From contig CM120640.1 in the NCBI GenBank assembly GCA_051362555.1, positions 6,882,001 to 6,946,000 on the forward strand: DNA of 64,000 nucleotides, in the 5' to 3' direction. The notes beneath the pieces are model-generated. The model was not told the origin of the DNA and did no database searches. It saw only the letters and a program-made list of their open reading frames with translations. Numbering within the stretch: the first letter of the stretch is position 1; the number at the start of each line of letters is the position of its first letter. The DNA is from Lingula anatina. Lineage: Eukaryota; Animalia; Brachiopoda. Shown here one piece after another: positions 38,228-51,800 of the stretch. The position numbers were made by a program, and so were the translations under genes.

Positions 38228-40807
38228 GTCTATAACAAATAGAAAACAATTTTGGGATAAGCACCTGTTCATCACGCCCCGGACAGAGATCAATTCCTTA
38301 GATGTTAAAACATTGTTTTCGTCATAGTTAATAAACACATATTGGATGTGAAAGGTTCAATTATTTTTAGAGTGTCACACCTTGAATGTAAGTTCTTACT
38401 TATGATTACCCCAACCGCGCCTATAAAAACAAGCAATCTTATTATGTCCAAAAGCTGCAATAAAAAAGTGCCCCACCTAAGTTGACATTTTTTTCTTAAG
38501 TTGTTATCCCAACGAAGGTAAAATAAAATATACAGTATGAATGAATTGTAGCGTAGATAATCTTATACAGAAAAAGTTGTTTGTTCAGTAGAAATTTACC
38601 TAGTTGTATTTTCATCTGTCCCTTTTTGAATAGAAACGAGAAGAAAAGATGCGGGTGAAAGCTCAGTAACCTCAAACTACTTATTTCGATCTGGTGTCTA
38701 GGTGAGGAGAATGCACTCATTTTTTTTACCCACGTGATCTAAATAAAATGATTGTACATAAAAGGTGTGTCACACACTAGCGATATCCACCCTATTATAG
38801 AATCACAGTAGCCTGGCGTGTTTGCCGACCAACTTTATACAGCACTAGCTGTCAACAATGGGGTTATGGAGTTTTTTAGTACTACCTGTGATGACGATGT
38901 TATATTTGATGATAACGACAGGTATGTTGAATGCTTTTTTCAATGCACGGACTTGAAAACACGATTATATGTTCTTCAGGTTTCATACGCTGCTTTCAAT
39001 CATACTTGGTTCTCGAAACTTCTTGTCTTTTTTCCGCGACCTATACTACCTTTGTCGCATGCACTGGCAACGTTACAACAGACTGAGACTCGGATTACAC
39101 ACAGTTGAACGTAACTTTGACACTCTACTGAGGGAAAGAATTATAAAGGTTGTGTGAAATATCCGGCTGTTGTCGAGATTGCACCGGTGACTAGCATAGT
39201 GACAGGTGGTTAAAATATTCATATAAAGGAACAACGTCTGTTGGTGCTGGTTACAATGATTGTTTACATGGTCTGAATCGGTCCATAATTAACCTTATGG
39301 TTGAATCTCGTTGAGTATCACATCAATTGATTTTACTACAATATATTATCAAATAAATGCTTTAACTTTCTATTGGAATTCAAGCACGCCGTCTTAACAT
39401 AAAATCCTCGCCCTTTGTTTGATTAAAAGATTAACATATACACATACAAGGTCACATCCGAATCAGAATCCATCGTGACCATTTTGTCGGAAGGACGATG
39501 CACAGACGCAACAATGGAAAAAAAATTGAGCTTTTAATTCTAGCAACTCCTACTATTTCTAATTTATTTAAAATTATGTATGAGAAGAAAACAAAACGTT
39601 AATTATGGTTAAAATTGTTATCCTTGAAAAGGGGGCACTTTTTGTTGTCTTGGCTTTTAAGAGACTCGGTGATGGGCGATTCTACAAAAATGTCTCTATG
39701 TGATTGGCTTAAATCACTTTTTAAAAACTCTTAATTTCTGTCTACATTTTCAGGTAGTGTAAAACAGCAATGTTATAATTATAGAAACGTTATACTTAAT
39801 ATGAAATTCACTGACATGACTCAGATAGTCACTTTTTTTGAAATCACCCTAATAATTAGAACATAAATATAAGGCAACTTATTAAGTCATCTCATTTTGT
39901 TCAGTTGTATTTTCTTGTTCAATGTGATAAGCATCAAAATGCTGCAACAAAACCAGGCTATCTTTGATGTTGATGTACCGGTAATATGAAGTGCTAAAAA
40001 GATAAATGAAAAATATTCATGAATAAAAAAAATAAAGATTAAAATAGAAAATGAATAAAATAATGAAAAGATGGTTTTAATAATTGGAAAGATAATGCAT
40101 ATCAGATTTCTCAATTTAACATTATAATTAAACATTAGTCCAGCGAAAAAGAAATATCTGAAACTACAGCATTTGGTTTGTCCTTCGTATGACCGAGTGT
40201 ACTCTTAACATATGATTTTCTTTTCAGGCAAAAATGTATGAATGAATTTTTCACATATCGCTTCAGCTGTAGGGAGTATGCCTTTGAATTGTCATTATTT
40301 TTGCTTTTGTATATTTTAAAATGTTAAAACATTTTTCTTTTGAATGTATACGCAAGTAAACATATTTGGGTGTCCTCCATAAGGAATTCAGCGCACAATA
40401 CAAGGGTGGAATGATAATTTTGACAGTTTTTACACAGTCATTATTGGTCTTAAGCCCACTATTAAAATAACAGGTTTTGACACCTTAACCAGTAATGTAA
40501 TGTTATACAAAAAGTAATTTTTATAAATAAGGCGTTCCCTACAATTGTGCAACAAGTCAACGCCCATTATACCTTTTTACACGCAAACCCTTCAGGCATC
40601 ATAGAAGCGGGAGTGTGCGACTACACCCAACGCAACTGAAAGACAGTTTAAAGATCTTTGATCCGTGCATTGTTTTTGTGTGCTCCAGTTTAAAAACCTA
40701 TAGAAACGACCATATTTGTGGTTTCCTTGAAACCACAAATATTAAAGCCTCTATTTGAGATATGAAAACTGGGCAAAAGAAGCCGTTTCTGTTTTGCGGC
40801 CTGTCTC

Positions 40808-40859
40808 ATGCCGATCTTCTCCTACACTCTCTACACCTTAGCAGTCTTGTCATTGAACT
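40808..40859 (+). CDS. Gene B first coding exon (signal peptide)
   Basis: [17 protein letters not shown] with phase-1 donor T|gtaaag joins 41008 to give [11 protein letters not shown]. The donor is fairly weak. Confidence 0.6.
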
Positions 40860-43800
40860 GTAAAGATCAGAGAACTCTTGATTAATTAATTTTTTTCTTT
40901 AAAAAAAACACTTGCTACTATTTCATGCGAAGGGGGTTTAAATAATTGCTCCATTTCACGCGTGCACTACACATCACAAATATTGGCTGTGCTTTATAAT
41001 ATCTCAGTGTCAGAGGGTACCCCATTTGACAGCAGAGGCAGGGAGTTTTATCTGATGTTTATGGAACACAAGGTGACCACTCCACAAAGCTTTGGCGAAA
41101 TGCTGATCATCACCAATGCTGCTCGTGAACCGGTAACGGTAGGTCAAGATTTGATTTTCTGTTTTATTTCTATGTCAGGCACACTGGTTGCAAGATTTGT
41201 TCGTATAAAGGGTTAATAATACTTGTATTAGTTAATATTATGATGATCATCAATACTTTAATTACCATTTAAAAACTACCTATGATATGGCAACTGCTTT
41301 GAAGATAACACTTATTAGAATTGTTTCAGCACTGTGTCCGTTTTCTTATTTTCAATTTTAAGTGCAATTGTTTAATATCTTATCTTTTAAATAACACAAT
41401 AATTACTTCACAAGGTGAACATTACGTCCATCCACCCAGGAATCGACACCACCTTCACCTTAGCCGTAGACGCACACGAAACCCTCAGATATTCACAGGA
41501 CCTACGGATGACAGACACCAGGTTGGCTCCAAAGGCTGTCCACGTTGTCTCTACGGGTGACATTGTCGTCCAGGGGGTCAGTAACGAAGACAGGTCCACA
41601 GATATGTTCCTTGGACTCCCTCTAGACACATATGGCACCGAATACGTCACGGTGTGTTACTCTCCACCCTATATCGCCTGTCAGTTTGGAGTCGTGGCGA
41701 CAGAGGACGACACCAATGTCACAATGCATTTTCCTAGTGCGGCGTTCAGCGGGGACCCCTCCTCAGCTTTTCTAAATATTACCGGAGCAGTAATAGCTGG
41801 TAACACTGCCACAGTTAACATGATGAAATTTGATTCTTTACAAGTCCAGAGTACAGCTGAGCTGACGGGAACCCTGATAAGGTCCACTGCTCCTGTCAGT
41901 GTATTCAGTGGGAATGTGGATACTCAAGTGGCCGTTTCTGTTGGGGGTGCAGTGTCGAAGGACCACCTCGTGCAACAATTACCGCCCGTACAGGCGTTAG
42001 GTAAAGAGTTCCTAACTGTTCCAATACCAGAAAAAACGATATTTAAGCGCGGAGACGTGTTCAGGACCGTTACTACCACAAATGATACGGAACTCATTGG
42101 GGACATAAACCACAACATTATGAGGATAACAGGTTCTTACAAGTTCACTCAATTCAATCTTGGAGGAACTAATAATTTGTACACGTCTCTAAAAACCACC
42201 AACCCCATCATCTTAGCCGAATTCATTCAAAGTCAGTACAACACCATGGAACCCTCAGATCCATCCATGATATACATACCCCCTGTTCAGCAGTTTGAAT
42301 CAGAGTATATATTCACCGCTCTAACTTCATCACCAAGTTCAGGCAAGCCTTATGTCAACTTATTAATCTTACTGGCCCAAGACGATGACACATCCAACAT
42401 CTTTTTAGACGGCGTTGCTTTAAACACAGCAAATTTTCCATCACTTGCATGGTATCCAATATCACATACCAATTACTTCGGAGCTTATATAGAAGTACAG
42501 AATGGGACCCATAGGTTGTATCATGCTCTACCCAACAGACGGTTTGGCGCTGTCTTGTATGGCAACGTGAAAACAGACACGGTTTCTGGGGAGACCTATG
42601 CCACGCCACTTGGGATGAGAGCGAGTAGAATAAACATGGTAAGTGCGAATGTGATTGCAGGGGCTTTTTTTCCATTCAGTTAAATGTATCATAGCCATTG
42701 AAATGTTCAACAATAGTCAAAAGTATCGATTCATATACGCTGTACTAGCATAGAAACTTGGCTTGTGGCAGTTTGGATACGTGTGACCAATAATAAATTT
42801 TAACTTTTAACGTTGATGCTTTTGGAGGAAAATGACGGAAAGGTGCCCAAGCGATAAAAGTTTCCTCAAGCGAATATCAAAGCCGCCATTCACATTTGAA
42901 TTGTTGATAGTGTATCTTGGAAAGAATTGGATTCACCAGACCATCTTTATTTCAACAGTCTTTTTACATTTTTATTTTCCAGGCATGCACAGTAACCCCG
43001 GACAACTGGTCAGAAACAAGCTATATAGGTGACGGCATTGATAACGATTGCGACGGTGAAGTGGACGAGGAATTTTGTGTCTCTGGGAATACGCAAGGTA
43101 TCGTTAAAGTATACTGTTTTCTCATTTAAATATCCTCTGAAATAAAGGGCGTTGATTTCTTTTCATATTGAATGTGAATTGGCTGGTCAATGGACTAAAA
43201 AAACGAAATGTACCACGTATTTTTCTATTTATTTTTTTCTCTTAGCGGACAGTTTTTTCGTAGACAAAGTTTACAATTTTCTTGCATTCGTAAATACACT
43301 GTATTCAGACTGCTCTCAAACAAAGTTGGTTGAAAAACATTTTCGATTTTTGAAATGTTTTAAAACCTATCTGCATATGATTTTAGATGATGACGGCGAT
43401 GGTCGTGTTAATGAAGACTGTGCAACACCTTACCCAGGTAAAATATGTCGCACATTTACCAATCTAATCACGTAACAAATCCTTGAAGAGAAAATATCCA
43501 AATCTTGGACCTTGTTCATTTCGTTTCATAGTTTGGAATTTACCTATCTGCTATTCTTTGGTATCCCAAACCGAAAACAGTTGTTTCTTATAAATAGGGA
43601 TCTTGTCATCACATGCTTGTATGCAATTTTATCCGTTTAACTTCAGTGGATGGTACGTATGGACCATGGGGAGCGTACAGCAGTTGTTCTACAACATGTG
43701 GACCCGGAACTCAGTCAAGGACACGTGTCTGTACGTCCAAATATGGCGGTGCTCCTTGTGCCGGGTTGTCCACTGAAACTATATCATGTAACCTAGGAGG

Positions 43801-45780
43801 CTGTCCGGGTAGGTTGTACAACATATACATATGTGTTCACTATCCAAGGGAACCGCATTGAATCATTTTCAAAAGTTCAAAAATTTCATTCCCCTTTAAG
43901 AATCTCTGTAGCAGTCTTTAGGCGACGGGGCCTGTACATTAATATTTCCTTGAAAACTCTCAGTGCATATTTTTATTGCGGTGTCGTGATTCAAAACCTT
44001 TAAATTTAACTAAACAACCTTAATATGTTGTCAATGTAAAAACATTGTTAATTGTTGGTTTTAATCACTGATAAAATTAACAAATCTCGGTGAAGGACAG
44101 TTTGTTTATCACCATTTCCTTATAATATATACAGACTTGACATTTAATATGGAATATTTTTTCCAAATCATAATTCATCAGTTTTTTTTCTATTTTGCTG
44201 ACTGATAAATGAAAATAAGGATTAAAATCGTGTTTTAATAACTTTTGATAATCTATTCGATGTCAGTGTGACATCAGTTCATTAACTGAATTCGCCAGTG
44301 AAGCATACAAAAATACATTGCCTATTTTAAGTCATACGATAACCACTGAAAGCGATATTTTGGATCTCCATATTTTCCTAATTATTGTCTTTAAAAGAGT
44401 TACACGTCCCACAAAGGCCCCCCACGTCAGTGTCTAGTCACAGCAACAGTCGCTGTTACGCTTGACCTCATCTTGCTGCTACCAGAGGTTTCAAGCCGCC
44501 AAGTATTCCTTGGGATAGGTTTTTAGAGTTTAATCTGAAATAAAATTCCAGGCAACGGTTAAAACGTGTCTAATTTGTCTCAGTTTTGTTGTAGGACATG
44601 CAGGCCGTTGATACGGCGAGTAATGACCTACCGATATATTGTCTATGTGGTTCAATTATGGCGATTTTGATGACCATGGTAGCTACTCATTCCCTTGGTT
44701 CTGTAATTTTTTTGCTATTTAAAGTGCTCTGTGTGAACCGGCAATCTCATCGTGCAACCTAAAATTGTTCCTAAGGTGCCCCCTATCAAATGATAGTCAA
44801 GTGGTTCCCTGATTATTCTTTTATTTGATCTGGTTCAGGTTTTCATCGATGACTACCATTGGTGTTTTGGCACCAATGTGGTATCCACTCCAAATACTGC
44901 CACTGTCAATGACCCTGGTCACTTAAGAAGTGGCACACGATTCGTCGTAGGCCTCTTCAGGATGTCTGTAAACTCAAGTTTAGCGGTACAGGTGAAGTTT
45001 GACCCCAATAAAGAAAGACACGCGGTTTCAGTGTTCTACCCAGAAACGGTCATGGTCCCCAATCCATTAGAGTAACAGACTACGCTGCTTTGCTGTTTAC
45101 AGTGGCTTCCTCAGAGGTCATCTGGTATCTCCACCTGCTGAAACCAGTTTGGTGTTCGTTAAGAGCCTTGAAAAAAGCGTTTTGGTGACAATTTGCCCCT
45201 CATTCAAAACAGACTGGGTTGTTTTGGTTTAATTGCAGCAGCATATCCTGAAGGACAGTGAGTCCTGTACCCTGGTGGTAAGACGTCAATTGCATTGGGC
45301 GTGGTCTCTGTGTAGGTACATCAGTCTGGGCATTACCCTATAAAACTGTATAGACTATTCCGTTTGATACAATAATCTGTCTGGCAATGTCTGTGCTTTT
45401 CGCGCCATTCTGGCACAGCTTAACAATTTTATAAAACACTGCTTAACTCATTTTACGCACTGCACAACCGACCGCTTGCATACAAAATTTCAAATTCTTC
45501 TATGCAGTAGTTGCCGATATACGGATACTTTTTTGACAGAACCATGCTTCGCCAAAGCCAAGCTTTGACCAGCCCAAAGGAGCACTGCCCAATTAAATCA
45601 CTGCATATTACACAAGGCAACAGAGCAACAGACTTGGTAGTCAGTTAATTGGCAGCGACACAAATGACTTCACACTTCTCCAGTCAGATGTCTTATAAGA
45701 GATCTGAATTTTTTGAAAAAAGAACGCATTTTTACCTAAGTATACCTTTCAAACTGAAATATTCCATATTAAATGTCAAG

Positions 45781-45851
<71 letters not shown>

Positions 45852-48800
45852 AGTTAATCAGCAGACTTCACAATTCAATTCATTTTTCAGTTAATGGGGC
45901 GTGGGGGCAATGGAGCACTTGGTCAACATGTTCCACCTCGTGTCGCAGTGGTACTTCACAGAGAACAAGACAATGTGACAGTCCCCCGCCCTCAAACGGA
46001 GGGTCAGGCTGTAGTGGTAACAGTGTAGAGCCAATTACCTGTAACGCCAACGTCCCCTGTCCAGGTGAATTTTTGTATTGACCGGATGTTAAACTGAGCG
46101 GCGTGTAATGTATTTGTTTAATTATCTGTGATGACAAGCGGTTTTGCTCTATCCATAAAACGTATTTGTCAACTGCCAAAGAAAAAAAACGTAAAAACGC
46201 TGCGACAATTTCTTACAACGTATGTTCTAATAAATGAGATGACTTTAACACGCTTCGAAAACTAGTTACTTACAAGCATATTGTATTTACGCAAACCTCT
46301 TATCCGTCTTTGAAGTTTTGTAGTCATGCTATAGTTGTATATTTGAACTCTTGCAGATCCCGCTGATACCTTAGGTACCGAGTTTTTGCTACTGTTCCAA
46401 GAGAACCATATAATCCACAGCCCCGGGCTTCCTCTCAAGGTGTTCATTACTAATCCTAACACTGAGGCGGTTACGGTAAGTGGCATTATGTCTTTTAGCA
46501 CCTGTCACATTTTCTTAAAAGTGGCATCTAAATGTCAGAGTAGATTATATACCTTTTTTATAAAGGTCCCTATGTCTTTCAACACAAGCCTGTTAACATC
46601 CTTTTGAGCGAGTTTTACACGAGCTTAGAAACATTGGGTCAGTTCAAATATGTACCTTGAATAATTAAAGGCCCGTGAAAACAATATATGATTCGACATA
46701 TTTATCTTATTAAGGTTACAATCGATACTCCAGCGGCCACGGGTCTAACTTACTACCACAGTGTCACATTTTCCATCCCACCTTCATCTTCCACAGTCAA
46801 GCTCCTCAGCAATGAGCTTCGTATGACAGGAAGTACCAAAAGTAAAAAAGGCATACGTGTGTCTTCCACAAAAGACGTGACAGTAGCCGGAATGAATAAA
46901 GAGTACCTATCAACAGACAGTTTTGTTGTAATACCGACCGATCATCTTGGAACGAAGCATTTTGGAATCTGTGCCTTTCCTACTGGCCGAGGTTGCCAGA
47001 TTGGAATCACAACAAAATTAGATAACACCCATGTAAACATAACTCTGCCACCGTCACCTAACATCGTGTCCGGTCGAAAGCGGAGAGCCACGACATACGA
47101 TGGAATCACGAAATCCCCTGGTGACGTCATCAGCGTCTCACTAGGCCCGTACGAATCCGTTCAGATCCAAAGTGGTGACGATCTGTCGGGTGCCAGAATA
47201 GACTCAGACAATCCAGTCGCTGTCTTCAGCGGAAATGTTCAAGTACAGATTGGCTTAGGCACTGCACAGGACCACGCCGTTGATCAGATATTACCCACTG
47301 AAACTTGGGGTAAGAAGTTTGTTACCGTTCCTATCCCTGAGCGCACGATCTACAAGCCTGGAGACATGTTTAAAATTATTGGTAGCCAGTCAAACACCAC
47401 TGTGGACGTGATCCATATGGCTGATGTTAGGAGATACACTATCCCCAACGAAGGGGACGTTTTGCAGATTATAACTGGAGCTGGTTTAGACTCGGTTTGC
47501 AGTTACATAACGACAGACAAACCTGTTCTAGTGACACAAATTGTTCAAAGTCAGATTGGCACCAACGAACCGTCCGACCCGTCGCTAATTATAGTGCCTT
47601 CCATAGAGCAGTGGCTACCAATGTATTCCTTTACTTTACCCGACATTGACAATGGGACTGCTTACACAAACTTTGTCATGATTGCTGTTGAGAAATCACA
47701 GAAAAACAACATCTTGCTTGACGGGGCAACGCTTTCTTCTGGGTTAGATTGGTGTGATATCCCTACCACCGAGTACACAGGGACGTCACTGCGGGTTCCC
47801 GCCGGATACCACCAGATGCGGAACATCTATTTGAACAAGCCTTTCGCACTTTTGTTGTATGGCGTGGGTAATTCTTCTGAGAGCTTTGGGTATCCAGCAG
47901 GGATGAGGCTAACTGATCTTACGGTAATGCTAAAATGATGCTTATATATTGGATTTAATACATTGCAGCTTTTGAAATTGCATCATTTTAAAATGTATGG
48001 CGTGGGTAATTCTTCTGAGAGCTTTGGGAATCTGGCAGGGATGAGGGTAACGAATCTTACAGTAATGCTAATAATAAGGACTATATATTGTATTTAATAC
48101 ATTGCAGCTTTTGAAATTCTATCGTTCTAAAATTACAATAGTATTTAGTTTATAACCGTGTTGGAAGTATATTGTATCTCCTTCTGAAGAAATATTTTAT
48201 TCCAGACATGCACACCGTTCACCCAGACGGCAGAGGGGGATAATAAAGATAACGACTGCGATGGTTTGGTGGACGAAGAAATTTGCGGCGACTCCATAGG
48301 TTCAAAAAGAATTAAACACATTTATAAATATATTTCCCATATATATATATATATCTATTAGGGATATATCTTACTGATCCATTTTCAGTTGTTTTATTTT
48401 CAGAAAGTGTAACATTATCATTGTACCTAAAGTATTTATATTTGTATAAAAAACAATTTGTCATTCTTACAAATTAATTCATTTTCAACATTTCGTGAGG
48501 GGGTGTTGTAATATACTCCCTTTTTTTTATCTATATTGTGTAGATAACGACGGGGATGGGTTTAGTGACGAGGACTGCGCCCTGAAATTAAAAGGTAGGT
48601 ATAAAATTGTTTACAAAGCTATATATATATTATCTGTTTTTGAAAGTTATTGTTTACGTATAAACACAATACGTCCGACACTGTCTGTTCATTTTATTTT
48701 GATAAAACTCAAAAGCTATTTTCGACGAAAAGGGAGAATAGAAACTCGGTGCTAACATGAGTCTATAAACCATCTTCATCTAGTGAATGGGAACTGGGGA

Positions 48801-51800
48801 GCTTGGAGTGTTTGTGGCGCATGCTCTGTCACGTGCGGTAATGGTACATGCACGCGCACGAGGCAGTGTGACAGCCCAGCCCCTGTGTTCAGCGGTGATC
48901 CGTGCCCAGGTGCCAGTACGGACTCTCAAGTGTGTGTTGCCAACCCATGCCCAGGTGTGTTTTTATGTGTTGCGGCTTACGCACTGTGCATACAACACCC
49001 ATGTTGGTAGTTAAATTTTGGCAATTTTTAAAATCTTTTTTATTCTATTTTTTTTTTTTTTTTTTTTTTTTTTTGTAACTCGCAGTTTCACTTAAAATTT
49101 GGTGCATTCCTTGCATCAAGAGGGCAGGTCTGTACTGTGGAAAACCCCATGTTTTTACAAATGTCTGAAAATGTCTGATTTACATGTAATATTATTTCGT
49201 TTTTCTCTCCCCAGTGGACGGTGTGTGGTCGGCATACAGTCCCTGGGGTCAGTGTACCAAGACGTGTGGCACTGGAACCCAGACGCGGACCAGAACGTGC
49301 ACTCCTCCACAGCACGGCGGGGTGGATTGTGTTGGAAACGCCACAGAGTCTAGGGAGTGCAACACACAGGCGTGCCCAGGTGATATATTGTTTTGCCAGT
49401 TCTTTCTGTACTTTGTACCAGACAGGTAATACAATAACTCAGCATAATATAAGAGAGATTCGCAAAGTTCTTTTTTTAAATGGAAGGAAAAATCACGTTT
49501 CAAATATGCACTACTTGTATTTTTTATAGTAAACGGTGTACTAGGCCCTTGGAGTAACTGGAACCAGTGCTCCGTGACATGTGGAATTGGCACGAGAGCA
49601 AGATCGCGCACCTGCACACCACCACAAGGCGGGGGAGCAAACTGTGTGGGGCAACTCCGAGAGGTAGAAGGCTGCACGGCGTCTTGTCTCAGTGAGTGCC
49701 ACAGTCACTTAAACGACCGAAGTGTCTTCTTTTGTCGCAGCACATTTAAATCACTCAGATAATATTTATTAGTTCTAGTTCACGTTAAATTAATTGATAT
49801 TAATTGGTTCTAGTACATTTTTACAATGTTATGCAACTACGTGTACATATATGAACATGGAAGACTGCAAAACATGTAGCATTGAAATTGTTTCGAAATG
49901 CAAATAAAATATGTTTAAATACTCAGCAGGTGACTTTTTTTTGTAAGTCTTGAGCCCCAACCCGAGTCATGCTAAGTGATGAAACATATGTATTTTGGAG
50001 TTTCACAAGTGATAAATGTTTCACGCCACCGTCTGCTTAATTATAGCCTTCATTACTGAGAATCTACCTACATGCTGCTTTGCTTAAACTGTCACATTGC
50101 TTGCATTTCGTCTGGCTCCTAGTAACGCTTTACGTAAAGTAGTATGGTCAGGTGAGGTATATCAGGTGTTGAGGGATGGGGCCCATGTTTCACACAAATA
50201 GAAATTATCCAATCCAAATATTCTCTACCTTGGCTACGGATGTCATTTTAATAGTACGTCTCTAAGAAAAGAAAAATTATGAAGATCTTGATTGTATTAA
50301 AAAATAAATTGTTTTTAAGTATACAAACCCTACTCCCTCTAGGTGCTCTAGGTCAGAATTGTACAGAGACCAGTCAATGCTCCAGAAGTGTTCCGAACAG
50401 CGAGTGCGTGCAGAGCACGTGCAGGTGTGTTATGGGCTACCAACAAACTGGTCAGGAATGCATTAGGAGACGAATTGAAAGCGCCTGTACTACGAACCAG
50501 GACTGCTCCTCAGCGGTGACCAATAGCGAGTGTGCGAACAACGTATGCGCTTGCAATGCTGGGTTTTACAGTACCAATGCAAGAACCACCTGCCTAGGGC
50601 GCCGTATTGGAGACAGTTGTACCAATGATGTGGAATGTAGTAGATTGATCGAGAATTCAGCGTGCTATGAGAGGAAATGTGGCTGTATTGCTACTTACTA
50701 TGCAAGTGATGACAATTCACAATGCTTTAGACGTAAGTGACTATTCAATACATCGCCTGTTAAAAGTTAGTCTTGTTCTCTTCAATAAAAAATTAATTTC
50801 AATTCAGGGTGAATGAACACGTGCTCACCAAAAGTACTGGTCCAAAGCGATAGCAATGTCTTTTTTTTTTTTATAAATCGAGCGCAATCTTTCTGTCAAC
50901 TAACTTAACTGGGGTGAGAGTAGTCTAAAATGTTGGTCTAAAGTTCTCTTTTCAAATGTGACCCTGTGCAGGTGAACGTGAAATAACTTTAAAAGCGAGC
51001 ATTTCATTAAAATATTTAAAGATTTTAATGACCTCCTAAACAGAAGTTGTAAACTGTGACAAAATTTCGTTTTCAATAAATTAGCTTAAATGGTGTAATT
51101 TTTTATTTTATTATGTGCAAGTTGGTGCATATTTGTTCAATTGTTTTAAATAAATAAAACTATTAAATTTAAAATTTTAAAGTTTGAATGATTTCATTTC
51201 AGGATTGAGAGATTGGGAAATCGCCCTGATAGCCCTGGGAGCTTTACTTTTCCTTGTGCTCCTTGCTCTTTTAATCTGCTGCTGTTGCTTCATCCCGTGG
51301 TGGGGTCGCAGGGGAAATAAGGTTAGTAAGCCGTAAGGTAAAATATGCTTTTAATGTAGAAACATAAATTAAGTTTTGTAAATAATAACTTTCATATGGT
51401 TAAGATACAAGGCATGTTTAATATTTTATTTAAGTTGATTTTAATCTTAAAAGTTTTATCAAAATAAATTAAAGGGGAGGGGGCGGATTCATTGAAATGG
51501 GCCGATTACAGCGGGCGGAACACAACGCACTAAATTATAGATTACCCAAAATTAATAAAAAAAAAAAAAGATGTAACATAAAATCCCACCCTTACACCAA
51601 CGGTGTATGTTTCATATGCTGTGATAATTCCTATAAAACCTGAAATAATTACAAGTATATCATCATGAAATACTGACTTATATAATCAAAATAGGCACTT
51701 TGGCGAAAGACATCTGACGACATCTGGACGTTTAGACTTGTTGAATAAGGTTAACTAGACAAGGGTTTTACATTAACATCTAACCCTGTACCAAGTATGA

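Noticed and set aside
40228-40275. Alternative first coding exon for gene B (MNFSHIASAVG)
   Set aside because: Joined to acceptor 41007 it gives no hydrophobic signal core, whereas exon 40808-40859 does.
44400-45650. Possible decayed retroelement on the minus strand in the long gene B intron
   Set aside because: The composition differs from typical introns and there are faint Cys-motif hints, but I found no convincing translatable motif by eye. A repeat search is needed.
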